Assembly: GCA_040954595.2 (NCBI GenBank)
Contig: CM082579.2
Coordinates: 12,091,834 to 12,155,833, forward strand
Reading direction: 5' to 3'
DNA from: Balanoglossus misakiensis
Lineage: Eukaryota; Animalia; Hemichordata
Length of the DNA stretch: 64,000 nt
Shown here: one piece after another, positions 25,632 through 37,639 of the stretch
Position numbering within the stretch: the first letter of the stretch is position 1
Layout: each line of letters starts with the position of its first letter
Program-made: the position numbers and the translations under genes
Notes under the pieces: model-generated
Database searches by the model: none
What the model saw: only the letters and a program-made list of their open reading frames with translations
Told to the model about the DNA's origin: nothing

Positions 25632-27233
25632 TTAAATCTTACAGTGACAGAAGATGCGATGGAGTGATCGGCGAAACTCTTTGACCGAGTACGCATAGCA
25701 TATTGGATCTATGGCGCTATTTATGTAGTACATAAAGTAACAGATTTCAAACAGCGTTGCCTTGTAGCAGGGCGGGCAGATGCTTGTTATCAGAATGAAT
25801 GCATGGTACGGCACCATACAGATGACTATCGCCAAGACCAGGGTCGTCACAGTCTTCAAAGCTTTGTTTTCACTGTGCGTAATTTTATCACTCCTGAGTC
25901 CTTCGGGCTTGGCGGCGCCTTCCCCATTCCGTCGCCCGTCGTTCGCTTTGTCATCTCGCGGGGGAAACCCTGCCTCTTCTCTGGTCTTTGCTGGCTGGCC
26001 GTCTGACACTTCTGCCACTACCTCCTCGTTGTTTGGATCGGCGTCGACGTTGCTGCTGCAGACTGGCCTCTTGCTTGAGAAACTTTCACTGATACAAATT
26101 TCGTCGGCTAAGTTTGTGAATTCAGGATTGACGTATGTCTGAGAAGATTTTGTAATTTTATTTTCATGTTCATTGTTAGCAGGCATTTTAACATTACTTT
26201 TACATGGCTCGATAGAAACTCCCCTTGGTAAATTAGATCTTTCACCATCTAATTCAACGGAAGTTTGGATTTCGTGCTTGAGGGAGCACATTCGGTCCGA
26301 GTGGCCGTGATCCTTTGACCCACTGTCACCGTCAAGTTCAAGGCATTGTTGCAATTGTTCACGAGTTAGACGTTCTGAATAGTTACTTGTAATCTTCTGG
26401 TGAGAATCTTCTCGTTCCGCATGAGAGTTTGTACATCCCCCTGCGCCTCGTGTACGGTGAACACTCTCCACGGGCGGTTCTGCATTCTTCCCGGCGGTAC
26501 GCTGAATATGTTGCCGGTATTCGTTCTGTCGCGTCGCCGCTCGCTTGGCAACGGAGTATATGCGGGCGTACAGCACGATGAGGACCGTCACCGGCACCCA
26601 GAATCCCAGTGTAGTTTGCGTCCAAATAAACCAGGTGTGGTTGAAGTAGTCGACTCTGCACTCCTCTGCCGGGAACTCGTAATGGCCTCGAAGTAAAGGC
26701 CACAACAAGATGGGAAGTGCATACACCACTATGGAGATGAGCCAAGTCACGGAGATGAAGGTCAGTACCCGTCTGGATGTTGTCGTCGCCCTGTGTCGTA
26801 AGGGATCCTGCAACGATTGGTAGCGCTCGATGCTGATGTTGATTATGGTGTAGAGGGCAAGGGGGCAAACCAAGTAGTCGATGAGTAGCCAAACTGTACA
26901 AGCCACCCTCCCTAGTGGCCAGTGACCTGTCGCCAAAAACAAGGTGTATCCGGGCACCGACGACAGCCCGACCACGAAGTCGGCCACGGCCAGATTGATG
27001 ACGTAAAAGTAACTCGGCTTCCGAAGTTGGCGATGGCAACGGAAAATATAAATCACCACTACATTACTGATGACGATAAACAGACTCAGCAGGCAGCCGG
27101 CAATGGCTATCGCGATAAATCGCAGACGGAATGCATCGCGGCTCGTTGCGGGCACGTTCAGTGTCATGTTCGATTCTGTCCCGTTCTGAATAAGCAGACA
27201 TGTCTCGTTCACGACAGTTGCATTCGGAGACAT
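25632..27233 (-). CDS. Intronless class A aminergic-type GPCR (muscarinic/histamine receptor-like), 533 aa from the first ATG
   Basis: Seven hydrophobic segments; NLAVAD (TM2), GHWPLG..C, TM3 D3.32 in IDY, ERY, FWVP (TM5), very long ICL3, KALKT..CMVPY (TM6), NSAIDPICY (TM7). Four N-glycosylation sequons in the N-terminus. The ORF-track start at 27290 is not an ATG. Confidence 0.92.
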   Translation of the reverse strand: MSPNATVVNETCLLIQNGTESNMTLNVPATSRDAFRLRFIAIAIAGCLLSLFIVISNVVVIYIFRCHRQLRKPSYFYVINLAVADFVVGLSSVPGYTLFLATGHWPLGRVACTVWLLIDYLVCPLALYTIINISIERYQSLQDPLRHRATTTSRRVLTFISVTWLISIVVYALPILLWPLLRGHYEFPAEECRVDYFNHTWFIWTQTTLGFWVPVTVLIVLYARIYSVAKRAATRQNEYRQHIQRTAGKNAEPPVESVHRTRGAGGCTNSHAEREDSHQKITSNYSERLTREQLQQCLELDGDSGSKDHGHSDRMCSLKHEIQTSVELDGERSNLPRGVSIEPCKSNVKMPANNEHENKITKSSQTYVNPEFTNLADEICISESFSSKRPVCSSNVDADPNNEEVVAEVSDGQPAKTREEAGFPPRDDKANDGRRNGEGAAKPEGLRSDKITHSENKALKTVTTLVLAIVICMVPYHAFILITSICPPCYKATLFEICYFMYYINSAIDPICYAYSVKEFRRSLHRIFCHCKI

Positions 27234-28076
27234 AGCGTTTACAATGGCGATATTTTGCGCAATGCGATTAATATGAAAGAGGAAACACAAACCGATAACA
27301 CCTCTGTTGATATTTCAGACACACTCAACTCGTCCGTACTAAACACTGCATCCCCATCGTCCCATTACTGCACACACGTTAATAGCCTAACAGAATCTGA
27401 CAGATGCCTTGTAATAGACAGTGTATAATTATCATTACTTTATGAGCATAGGCGTTTTGCGCGCGCATCCAATCAATCAAGCTGCTCTGATGTCATCCAA
27501 AGCAATAATTATTCACGACATTGAAAACAAATCTGATATCGAGCTAATATTTCCCGCTGGCCATGCAACGTTACGGTACCTTCTCACAAAAGAAAAAAAA
27601 TTGTGTGAATATCATTTTTTCTTAGATGTAATTTTACCTTCCGTTGAGTGACGAGTCCTGTCCATTACATTTTGCTTCAGGCCTCCGGCAAGAAATTGAA
27701 TAGTGTTCCTTCGCTGATTTATAACTCGCCTTGATATTTAAATCGATGCCTGTATTATTCCTAGACATAAACAAAGTTTTGCAATTTTCCAATGCAGTCC
27801 AGTTTTTCTTTCGTTTCCATTGTTTGTCTGTCATTCTTCCCCTGGTCGCCCCTAGTGGATCAGGCATCACATTTACAATCCACGTTCTCGTATGCAGCAA
27901 TGTAAAAATGGCACCAATGTTAAAAATGTTTGTTGTAATATATGATGATGTAGAGTGCAACTGAAATTCTACCCGTAGTAAAGACTAGCAAAACACGTAT
28001 ATGCCTTTAATTTGACGTGAAAGTCGCGTTTTATTTCCAAATGTCAATAAAAATAAAAAATAAAAATAGAAATGAG

Positions 28077-28151
<75 letters not shown>
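28077..28151. repeat. (TAAA)n microsatellite
   Basis: Direct reading. Confidence 0.95.
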
Positions 28152-28359
28152 ATTTTAGTGACACGCAGTTCCCAGCGGTTTAGTATTAACATAGTGATGT
28201 CATACATATTCTGAGAGCAATACATATGAAAAACAGTGTTATTTGACGTATTGCTTCAGATATGATTTCGAAAGGCACTATGTTAGAGGGTGGTTATAGA
28301 ATCGTGCGGGGCGATAATGACTACACGAGACACCAAGTCCGGGATGTAAGAGTGAGAGT

Positions 28360-28648
28360 GCCTAGCCTCGTTCACGCACTTTATTCATAATGACCCGGAT
28401 GTTGCATAACGTCATTTACCACTTCGCTTACAGAGGTAGTCTCGGTTACCCAGACGCCTTTGCTTCTTCCGATGCATCGGAAGAGCAAAGGCGTCTGGGT
28501 AACCGAGACTATTACAGAGGCGACAGAACATATTGCCGATTTCGCTATCGTAGTATAACCAGCAAAATTCCCACATCCATTCCTGGCGAAATTTATGGCG
28601 ATGTTTCATTGAGGCAGGAGTAGAATTACATGTACTGGTACTAGACAT
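28360..28648 (-). pseudogene. Decayed hAT/ZNF862-type TTF zinc-finger coding remnant, interrupted by a MITE
   Basis: KFRQEWMWEFCWLYYDSEIGNMFCRLC continues as KRSGK once the MITE and one TSD copy are removed; fits the FxxxWxxxFxWLxY...MFCxxC pattern; stops follow. Confidence 0.55.
28437..28511. mobile_element. 75-bp palindromic MITE with 9-bp TSD (AcademH-like)
   Basis: tagtctcggttacccagacgcc...ggcgtctgggtaaccgagacta, flanked by ttacagagg at 28428-28436 and 28512-28520. TAG termini with a 9-bp TSD fit AcademH. Confidence 0.8.
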
Positions 28649-29021
28649 CGATGACTGACCCGCGCTATCATGATTCGAATTGCTTTGCTACGGATCACAT
28701 ACAGCTGTCCGCTGTCGTGTTGGCGTTGATGCCCTTTCCGTTTCGACATCCTCACCCGTGCTTTTCCGTGCAACTTATTCTATACCGCAACTACACCTGA
28801 CAACGACTGCGTACGTAACGGTAATATTTAAGAAAAAAAGACCATGGAGAGACATAATTTTATTGGTTGTCGATGCTGTAGTGATTCAGGGATAATGATG
28901 CGTCTCCCTCTCATCTTTTTCCTCACCATGTGCAGACTGTGCAGTCCACTCCTGTCCTTTTTTGCTCATCGGCTGTGACAACATCTTGTCCCAAATGACC
29001 TGTTTGTATTGCTAGGATGCA

Positions 29022-29345
29022 TTACTGTAGTACGGGATCAGATTTTGTCGCTTTCTGGACATCTTCGATCTGTACGGTTTTCGGTGTAGCATGGTGTACT
29101 ATGCAGTTTATGTGTTCTTCATCAATGCGTTCCTCTCTGTTACTGGGTCTGGTGCATGGTAACGGATGGCGTGACATATAGTCTACTGGGTTGAACTTGC
29201 CAGGACGATATGCCACTTTGAAGTTGTACTGTTGCAGCTTCAAGATCCAGCGTTCAATTCTGGCTGGTGGCTTTGAGGTTGGTGTATTGAACAGTGGTAC
29301 CAAAGGCATGTGATCTGAAATCACACTGAAGTTGTGCCCATGTAG
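29022..29345 (-). mobile_element. Ty3/Gypsy pol fragment (RNase H end and linker)
   Basis: FSVISDHMPLVPLF..PPARIERWILKLQQYNFKVAYRPGKFNPVDYMSRHP, the typical TDHxPL..R(W)..L..Y.F...Y.PG..N..D.LSR signature. Confidence 0.88.
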
Positions 29346-30429
29346 GTCCAGCTTTAAACGTTTGGAGGTGATATCAAATTGGTGTGAATGATATACCATA
29401 ATCTTAAGAGTTTAAAACAACCTCATGCCACGTCCTCCAACCCCTCATCCATCCCCGTAAAACAGAAAGGGAATCTGCTTGGAGCGTTTGACAGATGCCT
29501 CCTTTCCTGTTTGACTTCACGGAAATCGTCAATCTGCTGTCACCGTGGGGAATTAATATTCGGAAAGACCACTTTGTAATTCATTATTTATTACTTCTAT
29601 CTAAGTGCCACAAAGACAACTATATGGACAAAATGAGAGCAGCATACACCCATGTATATAATCAGATATGCGAACAACCGTCATACATGTTAAAGAATAA
29701 ATTCACCCGACAGTCACCGCAAGTGATAACTTATACAAAATATGTGTCGACATATGTGACCACGATCCTAGTGTGCTATGTAATGCCTTATACTGGCATC
29801 ATGATTCAGCATCTGAAGCAGACTTAGAACAAGGGGTATATAATGTGCATATTTGTATAGAAGTTGCTACGATCACTGTCATTTTTGTGCTGGAAAGGAA
29901 AGAAAGAAACGCAATTGCAACCACATGAAATTAGTGCGTGTGTCACCGTAAGCCGTGTATAATTTTAGCACGCGCATAGTGTGTGACTTCAATGTTTTTC
30001 TAATAGAAATGCGATCGGGGAGGGGCGCCACAAAAGTTGAAATTTGAATTTAAACAGTGAGTCCGTTTGAAGTAGCCATATTTTACGTACATGGTGAGAA
30101 GTGTATCCGTGAACTAATATTCTTTTTGCTGTGCCTATTCTGGCAAGGGAACCTGTGAACATGTTGCACCACGGCACGTGCGACAGTGTATTACTCCACC
30201 TTACTACAGTCAGTTTCACATCAGGGTTTCACATTGTTGTCGTTGGGGGCGGTGCGTGCGCATGCGGTGTGTGATTAATGGCTGATGATTGTTATGGTGG
30301 TGTCAAGGAAGGTTGAGTTAGGACAACAATACGCGGCGAGAGTTCTGGCTGGACAGATTCGTGAACTTTCGCGAGCGGTTTGAAGGGGCGCGCAGTCCTC
30401 AGAATGGAAATATTATCAAGTATGGGCCA

Positions 30430-30840
30430 GCAGTCCGGGTGCAACTGCAAGTTTTATCTTAGACGGTAGGAATTTCTACTGACTGCTGTGCTGCTCTATC
30501 ACTCAGGCAGTGTCGATGATGACGTCATGTGACATGGCCGCCCAAGTTTCTATCGGAGTATAATTTGTGTACGAGTTTGAATCCAAGATTTGTGCTGGAG
30601 AAATGTCTGGAATGGACCCGGGTGCACAGTTTGCATGGAATGTCAAGGTCGTCTTGATGTTTCAGTGAGTATTATTAAGCTTATTAGAAGTTTTGCCATG
30701 AATTTGTTGGTTATTTCAAGCACATGTTAAAAGTTGTGACGCAGTTACTCCAAATGAATTATTTTGGTAACGGTACCCAATTTGTTTCAGAATTAGAGAC
30801 CATAAAAGACGAATTCCACGCAAGGGGTGATTTTCCTGAG
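30430..30840 (+). mobile_element. Decayed Harbinger (HARBI1-like) transposase remnant
   Basis: Peptide pieces LHGMSRSS (~30631-30654) and KVVTQL...ELETIKDEFHARGDFP resemble the Harbinger HTH-to-DDE junction; frame broken. Confidence 0.4.
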
Positions 30841-31753
30841 TATTTCACTACTTTGAGCCTACGCTCTTTTTATTGCGGGGTGTTATTGTGCAGTGTGAGA
30901 TATTCGTTGTTAATGTTTGCAACACTTGAAGTCAATTTGCTACAGTACCAGTGCTAACTAAGGACAATTAATATGCACAAGGTGGACGTTTCTTTTAAGT
31001 CACCTTCTGGACTGTACCATCTGATTCTGTTTCAAGTCCCAGAATATTTGTTGCTTCAGATATCTCACTGGGTATGTTTGTATCCAGATATGTAGGAAGA
31101 TCTTCTGTATTTTTATGACTATGTTTGTCGTGTATAATGTCCATGTATACATGTCTGTCTGTCCACCTGCAAAAACTTGAGAACTGATTATCACCATGAT
31201 ATTTGATGTATAGCTGCATGTTGGCCAAGAGTTGGGATCCAGCTCAAAATTACTAGTGTCTCTAAACAAAATATGCAAATAAATTGAAAACAATGCAAAA
31301 ATGGTCAAAATTTAAGAACTACTGCTCACTGATGGACTGCTTTGAAAATTTGTTTGCATTTAAATACCATTGGATCATAGATTTTTATATGGAATTTTGT
31401 TCGTCTTCTGCTGGTGCAATTTTTAGGTCCTGTTTGGTATGCATTTAAATACCAGGGGGAATCAGTTGCGTCTGTATGTATGGATGTCTGTCCACATCAA
31501 AAACTTGAAAAGCGCTGCGCGTATAACCTCGATATTTGGGTGCAATTTGAAATTGGTCAAAACTCAGAAACTCAACAACCACTGGTCAGATTGATTTGAA
31601 CATTTGTATGCATGTACCTTATGTTAAGCTCACACAGTTCTGTATGGTTTGAGCTAATACTATAGTGTGAATTTTCTAATTTTGTATGCATTTTTTGTAT
31701 TTTTCTACATAATTGGTAAAAAATATTGTATACATCAACCATGTTATGCTACG

Positions 31754-32184
31754 ATAATAATGAACACCTATTGCCTGGCCATGAGGGCCATAGCGGCCGT
31801 TTATTACCCACGAGGGGCTGTGAGTTACCAGAATCACATTCAGCATATGATTCTGGTAAATCACAGCCACGAGGGGGTAAAAACGGCTGCTATGGCCCGA
31901 ATATAGGCCAGGCTATAGTGTTTTATAATAAACCTCATGCTAACAGTTGGGAAAATCTTGCAATTTTCTCTTGAGATTGGCAGACGACATCTTCAGCGGT
32001 GGCCATTGTGTCAGACGACGCGACCGTGATTGACGTGACCGAGTCTGCGCACTCACGCTGGTCACGTGACCGGTTTATATTTTTTCTGCTATTTCCCTAG
32101 CGGTTCATAGTCGATTCTATTTTCCTATCACGTGACGGATTCTGGCGAATCACAACACGGTATTAGCATGAGGTATATTATAAT
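31754..32184 (+). mobile_element. Crypton/Eulor-like hairpin element (long hairpin plus second inverted pair)
   Basis: Hairpin ~31754-31929, then inverted pair ataataaacctcatgctaa (31925-31943) / ttagcatgaggtatattat (32163-32181). Confidence 0.6.
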
Positions 32185-32794
32185 GTTTTTTATGGACTTC
32201 ATAGTACCCTCTTCCTGTACTTCACCACCTAGCCCACAGGTAGCTGAAATATTTCTATGTCAGAGAATTATAGTGAGGTCATCCGTTATCCCTGAGAACG
32301 AGCACGAAGTGCGAGAAGGTTTGAAACGACTTTCGGACACAGTTCAATAAAACGTAACGAAATAAAAAAAAATCAAACTTGAGCGACCAAATACATACCC
32401 AGAACGATAAAATATTCTACTGTGCATTTAATCGCCACCTTCATTAGGTTCCTTATCAGCACTAGTGTGAGTATTTCCCCAAAACTAACAACTGGGACAA
32501 AATGTACAAATGCTACACAGATCGCTGCCATTAACGTGAATGCGTAAACGCTTACGCATGCGCAGTATGATGATATGGTCGTTCAAGATGGAGGCGATCT
32601 ATCTTCTAACAGGCTGCTAGAAGCATAGGGCTTTTATTATTCGCCCCCATGTCTAAGGGACCATAGTAACTGGAAATATAGACTGAATCATTGTATGATT
32701 TATTCATTCGCGCCTTTATTCAATATATTAACCACTTGTACACAATTTTGGTTAACATGGGAAAATGAATCGTCATTGTATAGTATCAACTCTG

Positions 32795-34098
32795 TCACTT
32801 TCTCTCCATGCAGTCTCTAGCAAAATGTCCGGGTTTGCCACACACGTAACATTTACCGTTACCGCGGGTGTGTGGTTTCATTCCTTGATGGCCGCCTCTG
32901 TACGATCCTCTGCCATACGGCCTGGCATATGGGACGAATCGAGGGGTCTTACTCAAGAACTTGTGTACTTTTGACGCGATATCTTCTTCCTCTTTGCTCC
33001 CCAGCAGAAGGACAATGAGGCGCCCAGCCTCCTCCCGGAAGTCGCTCGCTTCAAATTGAGACAACACCGCCCTGTATCTATCCAGTTTCGGGTGGGCCTT
33101 GGCCGTCACTTTATCCACCGGGGCTTGTAGCGCGTTGACCAACTGCCGTCTCGAGGTGACCGTGGTATTGTGTGCCAGATCCATCACCTTTTGTAGGGCT
33201 TTGTCCACCGAGGCTTCCCCAGCCGTACTCTCCAACATCTGGAGCTTGTGGTTCATTTCCGCCAGCTGCTCCTTCACCTGCAATACCTAAATATACAGAC
33301 AACATAGCCATGTTCACAATGACGAAAGCCTTGCTCCCAAAAACGGTATTTACAAGTCTGCTCGCTTGCTTCAATTATTTGGACGAGCCACCTTGCTCCC
33401 AAAAACGGTTGAAAGAATTTACAATCCTGCTCGCTTGCTTCAATTATTTGGACAAGCCTCCTTGCTCCAAAAAACGGTTGAAAAAAATTTACAAGCCTGC
33501 TCGCTTGCTTCAATTATTTGGAACACCACCTTGCTCAAAATAATGGTCGACGCTATTCGCAAGCCTACTCGCTTGTTTCACGCTCACACGTGTGGAAACA
33601 TTGAATAAGAGCCTACGCGCTCGTTTTCACGCAATCTACATCGGAAAGAAAACTCACGATACTGGCTCACCAACCAGTTACATGGTACCATACAAAAGAA
33701 GGTAACATCTTGGTAATAATGACAAAAGAAATGAAATAACTCGAAGCAAAGCACAAGGCGTCCACACAAATCTAATTAAAGAAACTGACGGGGATGTCCA
33801 GGTGTGGAATGTTGCTGGATAAAACCTGTACTCAAAGTAACTCAAAATACATGCAAAGAATGGGAACACAGAGAAAGCAGCGTACCTCATTTTGACCCGT
33901 TTGTTCTCCTGGTAAACCCGGAGCGTCTTGCTGGCTTTGTCCCGCACCCTGCGTGGAGTCTAACGAACTGTGAGTTGCCGCACTTGCAGGTGCTACTGGG
34001 CGGTGTGCTGAGACGAACGCTGCTGCCGCCGTAGCAGTGGACTGGCTATCCATGGACCGCTGCCTTGGTAGATTTGGTTGTGCTGCCTGCGTGTCCAT
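32795..34098 (-). CDS. Two-exon Gag-like protein (low-complexity N-terminus, coiled coil, RG-rich tail, CCHC zinc knuckle), 234 aa; exons 33886-34098 and 32795-33286
   Basis: ATG at 34098; donor GAG|gtacgc; acceptor atatttag|GTATTG (or cag|GTG 9 nt later), phase 0/0; CYVCGKPGHFARDC; upstream TATA; AATAAA at 32715-32720. Confidence 0.7.
33325..33580. repeat. ~70-bp tandem repeat (3-4 copies) in the intron of the Gag-like gene
   Basis: Recurring acaagcctgctcgcttgcttcaattatttgga..ccaccttgctcc.aaaaacggtt. Confidence 0.85.
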
Positions 34099-34174
34099 CG
34101 TGGATAAGTATTGGCTGCCTTGTCCAACTCCGCGGTTGAATGGTAGTGACAGCGTTTTTTACCCGGTCCGGCCC

Positions 34175-34220
34175 TTATATAGGGTTCTCATGAATATTCA
34201 GTAGGTGATTAGCATATGCG
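34175..34220 (-). promoter_or_regulatory. Core promoter of the Gag-like gene (TATA plus octamer-like motif)
   Basis: TATATAA at 34175-34181, ~77 nt upstream of the ATG; ATGCTAAT at 34208-34215 (minus strand). Confidence 0.55.
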
Positions 34221-35169
34221 GATGTTTTTCGCATCGTGCTTCGGTTTTAAATAGGTCAAAATGCAGAAACTCAACAACTACTGGTCAGATTGATTTGAAA
34301 ATTGATATACATGTACCTTATGTCAACCTCATACAGTCATGTGTGTTTTGAGCTAATATTATGAATTTTCTATTTTTTATGCATTTTTTGTCTTTTTCCA
34401 CATTATTGGTAAAACATCTTCATTTCTGAAAGTGATAGGCATTTTTCTTTGAAATTTAGTATAAAGCTTCCTATAGGTGGTCTGAGTTACCACAGTGTTG
34501 TTCAAATTGCTGCAAAATTTGCATATTGATTATTTTGAGCGATATTTGCCATTTTTGGTCAAAAATCTTTTTCTCTAAAACCACATGTCAGACTGCTTTG
34601 CAATTTGGTAGGCATGTTCCTAGGGGTAACCCAAGTAGGGAAATTTTTGCAATTTTGTGAAACCTTTTTTTCAGAGTTTGCAAACCTTTTTTTTCTCTGA
34701 AACCCCTTGTCACATTGCATTGAACTTTGGCAGGCATGTTTCTTGTGGTGATTGAAGTTATTGATATTGTACAATTTTGGTGATATTTACATATTTGTGT
34801 TTTTGCCACTTCTGAACAAATATGTTCTGTGAAACTGCTTGTTGGATTGCTTTGAAAATTTTTTTTTCTGATTGCTTTGGAATTTCTGATATAATTTCAT
34901 AACACATACATGTGCAGCTTTTATTCAATTCTGATATCATAAATATTCAATATTTAGTAAGTTTTGTGTAAGTTTCTTTGTGTTTGGTTATCAAATCTTC
35001 TCCTAAACCAATTGTCCAGTTGCTTTGAAAGTTAGTGTTTACAAGGAGTGTTACCCCCAACTTAGACATGTTTACATAACACTTAAATTTTACCAGTAAT
35101 AGGCCACCTGTTGCAGAGACCACCAGCTAATACATGTTTAATTACCAGTGACAGGATAGTGAGCATCTT

Positions 35170-35207
<38 letters not shown>

Positions 35208-36229
35208 TGTCTGTCTGTCTGTGCCCGGGCTGACTGAAAGAAGTTGCTTTTCATATGTGTTTGTACAGACAATTTTTGGTCAAAAATATTTTTTTCTCAC
35301 ATTGCTTGTAAGACTGCCATGACACATGACAGTTTATTGGGCATGTTCCTTGTTAATTTTTCTACATTCCATATATCTATATGGTTAAATCATATCTGAT
35401 TGCAATGTCACCTGTAATTTTTATTCTGGTGTATCCCTATATCTGCGTAATGCTTTCTTCCGTGAATCTTCAGCCAGGTAGATCTCAGAAACCGCTGCAC
35501 CTGCGCTGACTATTGGCCAGTGTGCACCATTGGACCAAAATAAAAAATGAAATTTTGGGGTCACCTTTGTCACCTGCTTAACCCTTTAATTATGTGCATA
35601 CCTAATTCCAGACTTACCAATAGGGCTAGACATTTGGTTTTTGTTGGACATGGACAAGTATGGGGTCCAAATTTTTGTCCAAGTTTTGGGTGACCTCAGT
35701 TGACCTTTGACAAATAGCAATATTTGTTGATTCATGTAACTCAAGCAAATAGAATTTTGAGACTTTCATCCTTCCAATCACGTTTCTTTCCACAATGTTA
35801 TAGCGATACAATCACCTAAAGCTCATTAATACTTGCACTATGCATGTATGTGACCCCCCCTCATCTTGGCAGAGAACCACACAAACTTGCAACCCTATAA
35901 AAATAAACAAGGAAAATGTCAATTCTGGTTCATCAATTATCGAGATATGTTCCAAATAAATGTTACAATACTAGAATTACGTCTGCTCCTTAAGTGACTT
36001 CACAAATAAAAAAAAATTCAAGCACAGATTATGGTACATACGTCAGGTTGTGTTCATTCCTGGTAGACTGTGCGCACTGTAATTCTTGTTTGGCAGAATT
36101 TGAAATGAAATTGTGTGAACCAAACCTGTACATCACAGAGGTCTGTCACAGATTTCCGTTACTTTTTGGGCAGGTCTTCTTTGACGATTAAATAAATACT
36201 TCGCATGGTAGTGACAATAGCATCTTTCA

Positions 36230-36430
36230 CTACATTGTATGCAGTTGCTGTGGCTCTTGGCATATCTTCATGTCTCCACTGTTTCTTGATGACTCTGCAA
36301 ATCTGTGTCCCGCACTCTGTTCATGTTTGACAAAATCACCTGCTTTAGGGGTGCTAGTTTTTATCTCAGTTGTGTAAACGAATTGCTTCTCCGAAACTTG
36401 ATGCACAAATCACACATAAAAAACTGTTTC
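36230..36430 (-). pseudogene. Second decayed hAT-type zinc-finger remnant
   Basis: Minus-strand pieces CDLCIKF, SNSFTQ and VKHEQSAGH fit the CxxC...HExSxxH TTF finger; frame broken. Confidence 0.35.
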
Positions 36431-37639
36431 TAAAATCGCAACCAGCTAAATTGTCATAACCATTTGGGCTTGTTGTTGTTTGCTATGTCTATCCTTTGAT
36501 TTTTTGTGGTCAACAGCTCCCAAAAGGTCAGCCAAACTTTGCTTCACTGAAGCGATATTATCTCAATTCACTTTCTTATTGGCATGGTAAACTGAATGAA
36601 ATTGTTTTTCACCATTTGTCATTTTTACCACATTTTGTGAATGCAGTGAGTGCTAGTGCGATCCCTGATATTTGAACTTGAAGATAATTACATATAATCC
36701 CATGATAGTTTTCTTTGTTTGATGTCATCATATAATTATACGAGTGGTTTTCGGGGAGCCGTGCAACTTTGAGCTGTAGGCGAGAAGTTGTACGCATCCA
36801 CGAAAACCACTAGTGTACGCAGACATTAAACAAACAAAAAATATCATGGGATTATATATATATCACATGAACAGTCTTGTTATTTTTCGTTAGAAGAGGC
36901 AGGAATAAAAAAAATTAGTATCTTGCTAAAATATTGGAGTGGCCTTGTATTTTTAGTGGGATATTTTTCAGAGGCGCAAGGATCTGTAGCCCACATGAGA
37001 TATGCAAAAGACAGAAGCTGTTCATTCATAAAATCTTCCAGCAAGTCGTGGCATTGCATTGAGCTCAGTTCGCCTGCAAAGTCATGCCGCCAGTTGCATT
37101 TTTATTGGGGTAAATGATGTACTTCATGTAAAAGTTTATAAAAAATAAACCACACTGCCATGTATCCCAAAAGCAGTAATATGACAGGATTTTAAAAATA
37201 AGTCTAAGGAACTGTTGCATTTGCGTTGTTGCGGAGGTCAAGTCAGTGTGGTCGGTCGGTGTTTCCGCAGAAATACAAAATACATGTATCGTGGCGACAC
37301 AATCTCAGCCTGGGACCAAGTTATACAAATCTTATCGATTCTTCAACAACGTTATTACTGTGACTTGTTTATACGTCTTGTACAATACCATGACTGGTGG
37401 AATATAGAATTTCAGTCCTAACGTGCTGAACTGGCTTAAAACCATCCAGCCTTGCTGAGACCGGACTGAACTGTGGCGCTTGTTGGAAATAGTTCCGGTT
37501 GATGATGTAGATGGATTTTTTTCTGTCCTGGTCTACATCACAAAGGTGTAAATCATGGGTCAGTTTATGTGATAAAGATACATGTTAACTGCATTTGAAG
37601 TGTCTCTTACCCATTATTTTCAACTTTCTTTTCTTCCAG

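Noticed and set aside
9479-27233. Split adhesion receptor formed by the GAIN gene and the neighbouring GPCR
   Set aside because: The GPCR is class A, lies upstream, and has its own N-terminus and amine-binding Asp; only proximity links them.
25780-27428. Overlapping and antisense ORFs over the GPCR
   Set aside because: Shadows of a GC-richer coding sequence; no motifs.
28281-28574. Solo or 3' LTR of the Gypsy fragment (TG..CA ends, AATAAA, purine-rich flank)
   Set aside because: The same bases translate as a hAT-type zinc-finger remnant running across the supposed boundary, and no second LTR or TSD is visible.
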